From: a phage
DNA: 64,000 nucleotides
Direction: 5' to 3' (one strand)
Sequence record: NC_100372.1
In this document: positions 45,245-53,821 of the stretch, piece after piece
Numbering within the stretch: the first letter of the stretch is position 1
How the letters are laid out: each line of letters begins with the position of its first letter
Position numbers and translations under genes: made by a program
Notes under the pieces: generated by a model
Told to the model about the DNA's origin: nothing
The model's database searches: none
What the model saw: only the letters and a program-made list of their open reading frames with translations

Positions 45245-45289
45245 TTTACTTTATTGATGGCCCTGGAGTCAAGGCCATCTAAAAATAAA
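45245..45289. repeat. 45-bp direct repeat copy 1 with internal palindrome
   Basis: tttactttattgatggccctggagtcaaggccatctaaaaataaa; identical to 48988-49032; palindrome gatggcc-N10-ggccatc; the minus strand reads TTGACT inside the loop. Confidence 0.85.
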
Positions 45290-45291
45290 TT

Positions 45292-45492
45292 TTACAGGCC
45301 TACAATCTCTTTAATTCGTTTTACTGCTGCCTCAGCGCCTTGAGGGTAAAAATTATGGTAACCAATCACGCGGGTAATACTGATCGCCACTTGATGATCT
45401 TCATAATCGCCTTTGAAGATTTCTTGACCGTCAATCAGCACGGCAATTTTTTCTTCTTTTTTGAAGTTAATAACGCGGATATTGTTGCTCAT
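45292..45492 (-). CDS. Hypothetical protein
   Basis: Start at MSNNIRVINFKK within the longer track ORF 45292-45579. Confidence 0.4.
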   Translation of the reverse strand: MSNNIRVINFKKEEKIAVLIDGQEIFKGDYEDHQVAISITRVIGYHNFYPQGAEAAVKRIKEIVGL

Positions 45493-45971
45493 TTTGTTTC
45501 TCCTTTCTGGTCTTTGTGTTGGTGGGGATTGCTCCCCGTTGATTGTTATTATCCATATTTCCGGACCGGATTGCAACACCCTAGAAGAAAAATTTTTGAA
45601 AAAGTTAAGCCCCCAGGGATTGGGGGCCGTTATCAGTTACTTACAGCGATAAAGTACATCCCTACGCCTAACAATATTTCAAGGGCGATGATCTCAAGCC
45701 ATACCGTAACACGGCGCACCTTATCGGTGCGGGGCTTATCCTTGGGTGTCATCGTCTCCCCCTTTCCTCCTGTTAGCAGTGACGTGGTTTGCAATGGCCC
45801 CCAGGAGTATTATCACCACGCACATTACAAGAAAAATTATCTCTGTCGTTGTTCGATCCATTGTTATAAAATTCCTTAAGATCAGGCCTGAAAATAAAGC
45901 TTTCGTTATTGAATCCATCCCGCCAGGCGGCTGGCTTCAAATCTTCACTAAATGGATTAATTAACGTGGTA

Positions 45972-46343
45972 TTATTTAAACGGCTGGCCCACATATTTTC
46001 TATTCCTCTCAAATAAGCGATCCGCCTCAGTTAAACAAATCTCATGGGCGTGATCTCTGGTTTTAGCTTCATCGAAAACCTGTTGTGCAAGGCTGCAACG
46101 TAGGGAGACTGGAAGATCACTATAATAGGCGTTGACAAACGTTTGAGCGTCGTACAGGTCTGAAAATACTTTACCCTTTCTATTATTCCCCTTGTCAACA
46201 ATTGCAAGGATAACCAATACAATAGTTGCAACCACTCCCAGGAAGATAGATATAATAAACCATAAAAAGGCGGATCTACCCATCTTGCCAGCGATCCAGG
46301 CGTTAAACAAGGCAACTAATATAGCCAAAATAATAAATTCCAT
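45972..46343 (-). CDS. Membrane protein (two predicted TM helices)
   Basis: MEFIILAILVALFNAWIAG and FLWFIISIFLGVVATIVLVILAIV; start trimmed to MEFIIL. Confidence 0.4.
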   Translation of the reverse strand: MEFIILAILVALFNAWIAGKMGRSAFLWFIISIFLGVVATIVLVILAIVDKGNNRKGKVFSDLYDAQTFVNAYYSDLPVSLRCSLAQQVFDEAKTRDHAHEICLTEADRLFERNRKYVGQPFK

Positions 46344-46410
46344 TCTATGTACCTCTTTTACAGTTCTGATTAACAATAAGGCGGCAAATATGCCGCCGCC
46401 TGTTACCTGA

Positions 46411-46827
46411 TTAAAAATTATCGCCGTAAATCTTTCCGCTTTCTACCCATACCACCACGCGGGGCATACTATCCCACACATCTTGTTTTAGATTGAGCGA
46501 GTGCAGTTCTTCGGTGGTGCTCATACCGGGCACGGGCTGATTGTATACTGCAAAACGACCGCCTGCATAATCATAGGCCAGGGTTAAATCACACTGGATC
46601 ATCTTTTTGATCATGGCATTAAGCATAGCGTTAGCCGCGTACTGATCTCGTTTTAATGGCAACTCTTTAATCAGTTTGCGATAGTTTTCGATATGGTCGC
46701 ACACTGTTTCACGCGGAAGATCTTTCATATCTTCACGGAATGTAACCAGGTTAAACATAACGGTGTCAATAGCTTTAGTAGTGTTTTTCATGATGTTTTC
46801 CTCTTTGTTTTGTGGGAGGCAAGTCAT
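46411..46827 (-). CDS. Hypothetical protein
   Basis: 138-aa ORF. Confidence 0.4.
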   Translation of the reverse strand: MTCLPQNKEENIMKNTTKAIDTVMFNLVTFREDMKDLPRETVCDHIENYRKLIKELPLKRDQYAANAMLNAMIKKMIQCDLTLAYDYAGGRFAVYNQPVPGMSTTEELHSLNLKQDVWDSMPRVVVWVESGKIYGDNF

Positions 46828-46882
46828 CTCGCCCCCTTGAGTTTTAAATATAGCAGGTTTTTAGATTATTGCAACACTTTAT

Positions 46883-47506
46883 TTATGAAAAACTCATCTC
46901 ACCATATTCATCCACATCAAACCGCCAATCATTGGCTTCAATAAGGCCGATCAGGTTTTCGGTAGTAAACTGTTCAAGATAGGCCTCCTCCAGGTCTACA
47001 TAAACCTTGCGGGATAGCTCCCGTACCGTCTCGGTGATCAGCTCTTCCAGGTCTTCCACTTTGTTTTCTTGTTTGGCGGTCAGATCTAGCCAGGTGGTAT
47101 CAATGTATCCGCTTACAGTGTTTTCATGGCTGTAATGGCTGTACTTGTCGCGTTCAACACTGGCTGATAACTCGCCATCGTGCATTGTGCCGAACAAGTG
47201 ACGAATTGATCGGAACTTGGTCAGGGCCTTTACTTTACGCAAGAATTTTTCTAAATCCACGTTTTCAGCACTGATTGACGCGCCGTCACCCTGGCACCAA
47301 AAGCCGGACCAATGTACTTCGGTATCTTCAAGGCCGTACTCTGGAAAAACTTGTTCTTTATAATATTCAATTACACTTTCTGCGAAAAAATCCTCTCCGC
47401 TGTGTTCTTCTCTTTCGCGGACCATTTCAATAGCTTTTTCTTTTTGTTCGTCGGTCAGCACGTCGAAAGATAAATTGCAACCTGTGGTAATGTTAACGGT
47501 GGTCAT
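46883..47506 (-). CDS. Hypothetical acidic protein
   Basis: 207-aa ORF with an AGGAGA RBS. Confidence 0.45.
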   Translation of the reverse strand: MTTVNITTGCNLSFDVLTDEQKEKAIEMVREREEHSGEDFFAESVIEYYKEQVFPEYGLEDTEVHWSGFWCQGDGASISAENVDLEKFLRKVKALTKFRSIRHLFGTMHDGELSASVERDKYSHYSHENTVSGYIDTTWLDLTAKQENKVEDLEELITETVRELSRKVYVDLEEAYLEQFTTENLIGLIEANDWRFDVDEYGEMSFS

Positions 47507-47534
47507 GATATTTTCTCCTGTTTTCTTTATTAGT

Positions 47535-47591
47535 GGCGGGAAGTTTTCCCGCCTGTGTGTTTAATTATACTTATTGAGATTTACTTGTCAA
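47535..47591 (-). promoter_or_regulatory. Promoter-plus-leader-hairpin module (minus strand)
   Basis: Minus strand reads TTGACA (plus 47586-47591), 15-nt spacer, TATAAT (plus 47565-47570), then hairpin GGCGGGAA/TTCCCGCC (47535-47553), then RBS and the ATG at 47506. Confidence 0.45.
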
Positions 47592-47841
47592 CACTATTTT
47601 TTAAATTATTGTGGCGTAAAATGTTCAAGATCTCTTCAACGTCATCAACACGGCGGTAATTTTTAAACGCTACCAATTGCCCCATGATTTTAATCACTGG
47701 GCGGCCTTGCCAGTGCCCCTGGAGAAAGCGCGCCTTGACTTTATCGGTGGAGCTATCACGCCACCAAATGGCCTTGTTGTTGCAGTAGTAAAAATTATTC
47801 AGGACAACATCAACCTTATCAAAATTTTTTAATTTACGCAT
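47581..47841 (-). CDS. Hypothetical protein
   Basis: 86-aa ORF. Confidence 0.4.
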   Translation of the reverse strand: MRKLKNFDKVDVVLNNFYYCNNKAIWWRDSSTDKVKARFLQGHWQGRPVIKIMGQLVAFKNYRRVDDVEEILNILRHNNLKNSVDK

Positions 47842-48082
47842 GGCGTTTACTCCTTTCTCTCTTTGATGTGGTTAGTATAGCTAACCTGTTTAAGATGTCA
47901 AGCTTTAAATAAAATCACTGTCAATAATATTTTTAACGCCATAAAACGGCCCTGGGCGATGTTTTCAGGTTAAGAAAGGCGATTGCATAGGTGGGGGCCT
48001 TTTCGGCGCTTACAGGGCCAACCAGGGGCGCTATTCGTAGGATAGAAATAAAAAGCCCCGCACAATGGCGGGGCGTTGGTTG

Positions 48083-48304
48083 TTATTTGTCTTTATGGCG
48101 GTATCGTTCTGCCTGTCGTTCACGTTCCAAAAGTAGGCCAGGCAATTTACGATCATAATGATTTCGCCAGATCTTTCCAAATCTTTTTGGCTTATTTAGT
48201 TTATTGTTACGCTGGCGGCGTTCCGGCAGCTCTTCGGAATCATGAGATCGCTTTACAATCTTCTCAAAATTAATCTTCATATATTCCCCCCTTGCTAACT
48301 TCAA
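48083..48304 (-). CDS. Hypothetical basic protein
   Basis: 73-aa Arg/Lys-rich ORF. Confidence 0.35.
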   Translation of the reverse strand: MKLARGEYMKINFEKIVKRSHDSEELPERRQRNNKLNKPKRFGKIWRNHYDRKLPGLLLERERQAERYRHKDK

Positions 48305-48641
48305 TATTTGCCTGAATAGCCCGGATACGGCGCTTTATAACTTCCTGGTCTGTGTGATCGTATCCCCAAAAGTCTACAATTTTTGCGCCCCCCGCCTCCA
48401 GGCGGTATAGTGTTTCCTGCATCTTGTAAGCCGGGACCGGTCGCGGTGTTACTTGGTCACCTTCTTTATTTTTATACTTTATAATATAATCTTCGTTATC
48501 GTTGAATGCCCAAAATGGATATTTTGCAAGGGCGTTGCTTTCTTTTTCGTTCTTAGATTGGATCTTGTTTACAATTAAAGCCGTAGCAATAGCGCCGATA
48601 ATAAAACTTGCACCGCTGATCATGTTACTTTCTCCTTTCAT
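48270..48641 (-). CDS. Hypothetical protein with N-terminal TM helix
   Basis: MISGASFIIGAIATALIVNKI; 123 aa. Confidence 0.4.
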   Translation of the reverse strand: MKGESNMISGASFIIGAIATALIVNKIQSKNEKESNALAKYPFWAFNDNEDYIIKYKNKEGDQVTPRPVPAYKMQETLYRLEAGGAKIVDFWGYDHTDQEVIKRRIRAIQANIEVSKGGIYED

Positions 48642-48698
48642 GGTGTTAATAAATTATCTTTATAGATGGCCCTGCAGCCAGGACCACCGAAAAAATAA

Positions 48699-48944
48699 CT
48701 ATTTCACAATGCCCACAAAACAGATCCCGCCTTCCCCGACGTAGGCAATATCGGTCACTTTGTAGTCGGTTAAGATCTGTTTATTCAGATCATTAATAAA
48801 ATCGGTCATTGCGTTGGTGTAGTTGTCTTCCATGTCTAGGGAATAATCCCAGGTGTAAACCTTTTTACGTCCGAAGCCTTTAACAACAACACGGGCACCT
48901 TTGGTGTTGGTTGGTGCATAGTATTTAGTGATTAGTGCTGCCAT
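48699..48944 (-). CDS. Hypothetical protein
   Basis: 81-aa ORF; preceded on the minus strand by copy 2 of the 45-bp repeat. Confidence 0.4.
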   Translation of the reverse strand: MAALITKYYAPTNTKGARVVVKGFGRKKVYTWDYSLDMEDNYTNAMTDFINDLNKQILTDYKVTDIAYVGEGGICFVGIVK

Positions 48945-48987
48945 GGTTTTAACTCCTCTGTATTAGTTCAGTGTTAACAGTGTAAAG

Positions 48988-49032
48988 TTTACTTTATTGA
49001 TGGCCCTGGAGTCAAGGCCATCTAAAAATAAA
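48988..49032. repeat. 45-bp direct repeat copy 2 with internal palindrome
   Basis: Identical to 45245-45289; flanks also similar (taaa(t/g)tttact). Confidence 0.85.
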
Positions 49033-49033
49033 C

Positions 49034-49438
49034 TTAGTAAGTTTTCAGTACTTTACCGTCCAACCTGTCAAGCTGGATCTCGATAGCTGCAGAAAACCTA
49101 TTGTACACCACGTCGCCCATGGAATCCAACCAGTCTATGACGTTATACACCTGCTCTTTGTTCTTGCAGGTCCGGATCCGTTTCATGATGTAAGCCGGAT
49201 CAATATTGGTACTTTCGTTGGTGTTCCCCTGTACCTGATTTGCCGTATTAGTTACATCTTTAATGGCCTTTACCACCACCTGGAAGGGCTTTAAGGTGCC
49301 TTTTGCGTTCATCTCACGCGCTTTTGCGGCGCGGTTGTTATATGTTACACAACGGCGGCAAATGTTCACCAAATGCATGTCAATAATTTTTTCATCGTTT
49401 GCCAGTTCGTTCATGATGCGGCGTACGTTCTTATTCAT
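49034..49438 (-). CDS. Hypothetical protein
   Basis: 134-aa ORF. Confidence 0.4.
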   Translation of the reverse strand: MNKNVRRIMNELANDEKIIDMHLVNICRRCVTYNNRAAKAREMNAKGTLKPFQVVVKAIKDVTNTANQVQGNTNESTNIDPAYIMKRIRTCKNKEQVYNVIDWLDSMGDVVYNRFSAAIEIQLDRLDGKVLKTY

Positions 49439-49457
49439 GATCTTTTTCCTTTGTGTT

Positions 49458-49514
49458 GGCGGGAAACATTCCCGCCTTTTGTGACTAGTTTACTTGAATT
49501 TTGCAGCGTGTCAA
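49458..49514 (-). promoter_or_regulatory. Promoter-plus-leader-hairpin module (minus strand), second copy
   Basis: Hairpin GGCGGGA-aacat-TCCCGCC (49458-49476); minus strand TTGACA at plus 49509-49514; same architecture as 47535-47591. Confidence 0.4.
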
Positions 49515-49520
49515 CAATTT

Positions 49521-49919
49521 TTATTCGTGGGCGCATGTTACAATGTGCTTTTTATAGCCCAGGTGGTTAGCAAGTGCCGACAAAAACTCTTCTTCATAGA
49601 TCCAGCCGTTGGCAGTGATCCCCATAGCATTTAATGCGCTCTCAAGTGCTGCATTAGCTTTATCGTAACCGTGACCGCTCGCCTTCCCGCCAGTATAACC
49701 GTACTTATTGTTCTTGTTGTCGTGAATCCAAAAAACGCAGTATTGAGTGTTCCCGCTGGCGGCGGCATAATACCGGATCTCAGCTACTTCGTGCAAATTA
49801 TTGTCATCGTCCAGGCCCACCAGATTATAAGCCTTGTAAAATCCACGATCACGGCGGCAGTTCTTGACATCAGAAAAAGAAAAGTCCGCATTATCAAAAT
49901 TAAAGGTAGTGGTTTTCAT
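49521..49919 (-). CDS. Hypothetical protein
   Basis: 132-aa ORF. Confidence 0.4.
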   Translation of the reverse strand: MKTTTFNFDNADFSFSDVKNCRRDRGFYKAYNLVGLDDDNNLHEVAEIRYYAAASGNTQYCVFWIHDNKNNKYGYTGGKASGHGYDKANAALESALNAMGITANGWIYEEEFLSALANHLGYKKHIVTCAHE

Positions 49920-49983
49920 GATTTTATCCTCTTAGTGTCTTTTGTGCTTTTAGTGTATTTGGTGTCGGACTGTATGTCAATAC

Positions 49984-50181
49984 TTATTTTTTATTAAACC
50001 AGTGGTTGATCTGGCCTTTTGTCAGGGCGCAACGATTAAGCTGTTGCCGGGTATAGCTCTGACCGCGACGGAATTTATAAAGGCCTTGCCCGTTGTTGAT
50101 GGTTACGTCCACCTGGCAAATCATTTGATCGGTGACGGCCTGGCGAGTGTTGCGACGTACTTTAATTCCGTAGGCGTTCAT
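49984..50181 (-). CDS. Hypothetical protein
   Basis: 65-aa ORF. Confidence 0.35.
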   Translation of the reverse strand: MNAYGIKVRRNTRQAVTDQMICQVDVTINNGQGLYKFRRGQSYTRQQLNRCALTKGQINHWFNKK

Positions 50182-50264
50182 GATTTTTATCCTCTCTGTT
50201 AATTAGTGTGGTGTTGTTCACCTTGCGAGGATAAGAATAACAGAACTATCCGAGCTGTCAACCA

Positions 50265-50438
50265 TTAGTTAGAATTATTTTTTGGGCAGAATTCTCCAGC
50301 CGCCGCCCCTGCCAGGTTAACCATCATTTTTTCGTACTCTTCTTTATGTTCCAACGCTCCCGCCATAGCCTTTTCAACCAGGGCGATAGCCTCAGCGTCA
50401 TTAATCGCTACATTTCCAGGGATCCTATTACCTTTCAT
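50265..50438 (-). CDS. Hypothetical 57-aa protein (MKGNRIPGNVAINDAEAIALVEKAMAGALEHKEEYEKMMVNLAGAAAGEFCPKNNSN)
   Basis: AGGAGG RBS 7 nt upstream of the ATG (minus strand); first gene downstream of the 50.4-51.5 kb ORF-free region; below the ORF-track threshold. Confidence 0.4.
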   Translation of the reverse strand: MKGNRIPGNVAINDAEAIALVEKAMAGALEHKEEYEKMMVNLAGAAAGEFCPKNNSN

Positions 50439-50652
50439 TTTTGTACCTCCTCTTCAATTGTTACCTGCCCTGTAGCATAGGCCTACCAGGTTTGCAAGCT
50501 TTCACTCTCTCCTACCTGGTCAGTCAGGTCCTGCCAGGCTGGCCCCGCCAGGTTGCAGCGGTTGGTGTATTATGTTAGAAAAAATTTTTGAAGAAGTGTT
50601 GACAGCGGCCCCGCCAGGTGGCACAATATACCTATCGAAAGGACGGCAGGCA

Positions 50653-50845
50653 CCGGTGACGGGGGAGACAACCACCGGGGATGGGCGCTGCATAAAATGA
50701 GAACGGTTATCATTATCATTTAAAAATTTATGCAAAAAATCCTTGCTTTCTTTGTCCTGTGTGATACTATAATAACAAGCCGGGGCAACAGGGGCCGGGA
50801 GACAATCACCGGGGGTGCCCGTTATTCTGCAAACGAGAATGATTA
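50653..50845. repeat. Two copies of a roughly 60-bp composite element: GGGAGACAAYCACCGGGGRTG, about 15 nt, GAGAAYGRTTATCATT, then an A/T-rich tail
   Basis: Copy 1 at 50653-50710 (gggagacaaccaccggggatgg ... gagaacggttatcatt), copy 2 at 50787-50845 (gggagacaatcaccgggggtgc ... gagaatgattatcatt). Confidence 0.75.
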
Positions 50846-50980
50846 TCATTCAAAATTCTAAATGAGAACTTTTCGCATTTCATAAATTTAGTTAGCATGC
50901 TAATTACCTACCGTGACAATTCTATATAAAATAATACCTCCTTAAATATTTCCATATACAAATTTTAAAAATCCATTTCC

Positions 50981-51150
50981 GAAAACGAAAAATCGATTTC
51001 GTCCCCAAAAATTTCAGGTCGAGCTCCGGAACGATTTCCAGAAAATCTGATTCAGAAAACGAAAAACAGATCGAGTACTAAGAAATTTATCGAGAAAAAT
51101 TTTCAGAAAATTCAATCTTTGAAACGAAAAACAGATCGAGTACTGAGAGA
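50981..51150. repeat. Imperfect tandem direct repeats, about 66-74 bp period, core GAAAACGAAAAA(C/T)(A/C)GAT(C/T)
   Basis: gaaaacgaaaaatcgatttcg 50981, gaaaacgaaaaacagatcgagtact 51055, gaaacgaaaaacagatcgagtact 51121; ATCCATTT(T/C) also recurs at 50971, 51324, 51341 and 51396. Confidence 0.75.
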
Positions 51151-51386
51151 GATGTATCAAAACCTGCTGAGAATAATGGGTTTATTGTTATAAAGGGTCA
51201 AAGGTAAGCTGGGAAAGTTCCGGTAGAAGGGTGAGAGTATGTGCGGAAAATCTGGAATAGTAACTTAAAGTACGGTGCGAACGATAGAATGAGCAGCACA
51301 TCTTATCGCGCCTGTCTTGAAAAATCCATTTTAGTTTTCGATCCATTTTCTGATTTTCTAAGAATTTTAAAATATCCGGCTAGGTA

Positions 51387-51417
51387 AAATATCAAAAGGA
51401 GGAAATCCATTTTAGAA
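51387..51417 (-). terminator. Candidate terminator for minus-strand transcription entering the ORF-free region
   Basis: aaggagga-N15-tcctcctt; on the minus strand followed by ttgatatttta; large loop lowers confidence. Confidence 0.4.
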
Positions 51418-51455
51418 ATCCTCCTTATACTTGATGTGCCAGGGATTTTCAAGTA

Positions 51456-51785
51456 TCAACTGTCTTTGTTTTTAGGCTTGTGCATACGTAGAGGTATGGT
51501 CTTTATAACATTCCATCTGCCCAACCCCTCCCAGTTCCAATTGTGAGCGTGATACCCAGTTATGCATGCACTGCTGGCGTGATCATAAGCATAAGAGAAC
51601 GCTATGCGAACCAGGTGGGGCCAGTCCCTCCACGGCTGTGGACCGTAAGCCTTTCTCCAACACCGACACAAACTAATTGTCTCAAGAATAGGTAGAATAA
51701 CAAATCCATATACCGCCACCAAAATGGTAAGAGCAATGATTGTCAGGAATACATACCCTGCAGTTGAAATAATGATCTCTGTCAT
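51456..51785 (-). CDS. Membrane protein
   Basis: Hydrophobic N-terminal half (IISTAGYVFLTIIALTILVAVYGFVILPIL); 109 aa. Confidence 0.4.
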   Translation of the reverse strand: MTEIIISTAGYVFLTIIALTILVAVYGFVILPILETISLCRCWRKAYGPQPWRDWPHLVRIAFSYAYDHASSACITGYHAHNWNWEGLGRWNVIKTIPLRMHKPKNKDS

Positions 51786-51985
51786 TTGTCATCCCCTTTC
51801 TTACGGATATAGATGTGAGAGCCTGCTTGTACATAAATTTCCCGACCATCTTCTGCAAAGATGTGGAATACACGGTCGCCTTCGTATTCAATACGGGATA
51901 TCTTCATAACGGTCTTCCCACCCGGAATGCGGATCTCATCACCCACAGCAATGTTCCATGCAGATTTAAGCTTAAACATCTGCAC
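51782..51985 (-). CDS. Hypothetical protein
   Basis: 67-aa ORF, coupled. Confidence 0.4.
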   Translation of the reverse strand: MQMFKLKSAWNIAVGDEIRIPGGKTVMKISRIEYEGDRVFHIFAEDGREIYVQAGSHIYIRKKGDDK

Positions 51986-52217
51986 CCCCCTTTGGGAGCT
52001 CTAACTCTGGCATAGCCATATACGCCACGACAGGGTTGTAATCAAAGTAGAAATGACCGTTAATTATCCCAGTTTTGTGGGCATAGTCACCAGATCCTGC
52101 AAGAACAATCTCGCAAACTCCGAAATCCACCTCGCCATTCTCATCTGCCATGGCTACAATATACTTTCCTAGAGGCATGTTTTTAACGCCGTCTACAAAT
52201 GTCCACCCTTTGTTCAT
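51972..52217 (-). CDS. Hypothetical protein
   Basis: 81-aa ORF. Confidence 0.4.
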   Translation of the reverse strand: MNKGWTFVDGVKNMPLGKYIVAMADENGEVDFGVCEIVLAGSGDYAHKTGIINGHFYFDYNPVVAYMAMPELELPKGGADV

Positions 52218-52237
52218 ACTTTATCTCCTGCACTTTC

Positions 52238-52570
52238 TTAAGGTAACCAGTAAACAATTTCGCCTTTCAGTTCCATGTCGTTACCGACATAGATTTTCCA
52301 GCCATCCATTTTAGCCACTGCAGGAGTGAAGCCCGTAGAACCACTAACCTCTTTCCAAGTCCCGTAGTCAGGTTGCCAGATATAGAATCCACCTCCCTTG
52401 TCCCATGCTCCATATACCACATCGAGCAGGTTGCCCATTGCAACAATAGTAGGCCGTGGGAATAATACATCTACAGATGCGCCACAATTTCGGGTAGATT
52501 TTAAATTACAATCCCAAAAGATGTCTGCCAGTGTGGCGGCGATAGCTTTACGTCTTTCTAATGTTACCAT
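52238..52570 (-). CDS. Hypothetical protein
   Basis: 110-aa ORF. Confidence 0.4.
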   Translation of the reverse strand: MVTLERRKAIAATLADIFWDCNLKSTRNCGASVDVLFPRPTIVAMGNLLDVVYGAWDKGGGFYIWQPDYGTWKEVSGSTGFTPAVAKMDGWKIYVGNDMELKGEIVYWLP

Positions 52571-52580
52571 GGCACGATAC

Positions 52581-52772
52581 TCACTTGTTGTTAAGAAGTT
52601 CTAAAACTTTCTGTTTTACTTTATCAAGGTCTGTTGATTCAAAAATTGTGCGATATCCCCAACTTTGCCCATAGGAATAACTGCAATCCCCGTAACACCA
52701 TTGCTCAACTTGATAGTATTCAAGGAATGGGTGCTGTCTGACTATGATACCGTCTCGATTAAAAATTACCAT
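52581..52772 (-). CDS. Hypothetical protein
   Basis: 63-aa ORF. Confidence 0.35.
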   Translation of the reverse strand: MVIFNRDGIIVRQHPFLEYYQVEQWCYGDCSYSYGQSWGYRTIFESTDLDKVKQKVLELLNNK

Positions 52773-52835
52773 AATTTATCCCTCTCTGCTAGTCTATGTT
52801 TGTATTATATACTGCAGTTTTCAGATGTCAACCTT

Positions 52836-53030
52836 TTACAGGTTACTCCAGTATAATCGGCATTTACACTTCGGGCAATGAGGTTCTTTTATGTAATAAC
52901 CATCAGTCTTTGGAACACTTTTTGGTGCAGTTTTAAGATTGTACCGAGTAAAGCACCGGAAGCAGGTTACCTCTCCTACCTGTTGATCGTTTATCCACTC
53001 ACCAGAGTAAAGCTCTTTCTTGTTTCTCAT
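52836..53030 (-). CDS. Small zinc-ribbon protein
   Basis: CFRC...CPKCKC pattern; start at MRNKKELY with a GGGGAGAG RBS. Confidence 0.4.
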   Translation of the reverse strand: MRNKKELYSGEWINDQQVGEVTCFRCFTRYNLKTAPKSVPKTDGYYIKEPHCPKCKCRLYWSNL

Positions 53031-53281
53031 AATTCTCTCCCCAATCCTCTGCAATCTTATACCAGAATCTCCAGCCAGAAAGCACACGGGAACACTTTGA
53101 GGATTGAATCTTTACTAGGCTCGGAAGTTCTTTTTCCGTAGGGCAGGTAGAAATACCCTCCTGCAGATTCAAACATGGCTCCTTCTGTTGTATCTATCAC
53201 AGCTAGAATTAAGATTTTAGTCTCCATAGTGCTCCCCTGTCTTAATCGTTGTGGTGACTATACCACCTTAAAATATAGCTG

Positions 53282-53821
53282 TCAACACTCTTTGTACTCC
53301 ACCACGATAATATCTATATCAAAAGTGGCAAGGTTAATAATGTCCTCTACATGTTCCCACTTCAAACCGCCTATGCCGCACCCGATCTTAGGGATGTAGA
53401 ATGGTAAAATCGACCCCTCAAATACTTCATTGACTCGCTCAAAGCCTTTCAGTATTGAGAAATATTCAGCATTAGGCCCTGGGTAGAACTGAGTATACAG
53501 ATTTATTCCGTAGACAATACCTCTCGGAGATAAGTGCTCCCAGCGGGAGAACGCGCCCAGTTTACTTAGGCAACCGTGCATAGTCATTTTATCAGCTTCC
53601 AATGCTTGAGGGAACTCACGGGCAATCTGTTTTGCTACACCCTTACCCATTGTGTGGAAGCAGTTACAACCGTGGATCAGGTGACCATCACCGCTCTTAA
53701 AAAGGGAGATTAAATCTCCCTCTACAGTATCAATAATCACGATATTCCAGCTCCTCTTCCACAATTTCAAAAAACTCAGTCCAGCACTGTGGCATATTGG
53801 AGTTACCGAAGTGGCTTTCAT
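53282..53821 (-). CDS. Putative macro-domain (ADP-ribose binding/processing) protein
   Basis: VIIDTVEGDLISL, IHGCNCFHTMGKGVAKQIAREF and PKIGCGIGGL resemble the macro-domain GDIT...NAAN...GGGV...G-rich loop pattern; start uncertain (overlaps the upstream ORF). Confidence 0.45.
   Translation of the reverse strand: MKATSVTPICHSAGLSFLKLWKRSWNIVIIDTVEGDLISLFKSGDGHLIHGCNCFHTMGKGVAKQIAREFPQALEADKMTMHGCLSKLGAFSRWEHLSPRGIVYGINLYTQFYPGPNAEYFSILKGFERVNEVFEGSILPFYIPKIGCGIGGLKWEHVEDIINLATFDIDIIVVEYKEC

Noticed and set aside
50599-50630. Sigma54-type promoter suggested by TGGCAC at 50619-50624
   Set aside because: No TTGC(A/T) element at the required spacing downstream; the match to the -24 element alone is not sufficient.
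50950-51160. Possible CRISPR array suggested by regularly spaced GAAAACGAAAAA-type repeats
   Set aside because: The repeats are short and imperfect, with irregular 66-74 bp periods and partly repetitive spacers. There is no set of three or more identical 25-40 bp repeats separating unique spacers, and no cas genes; a tandem-repeat regulatory or origin element is the better reading.
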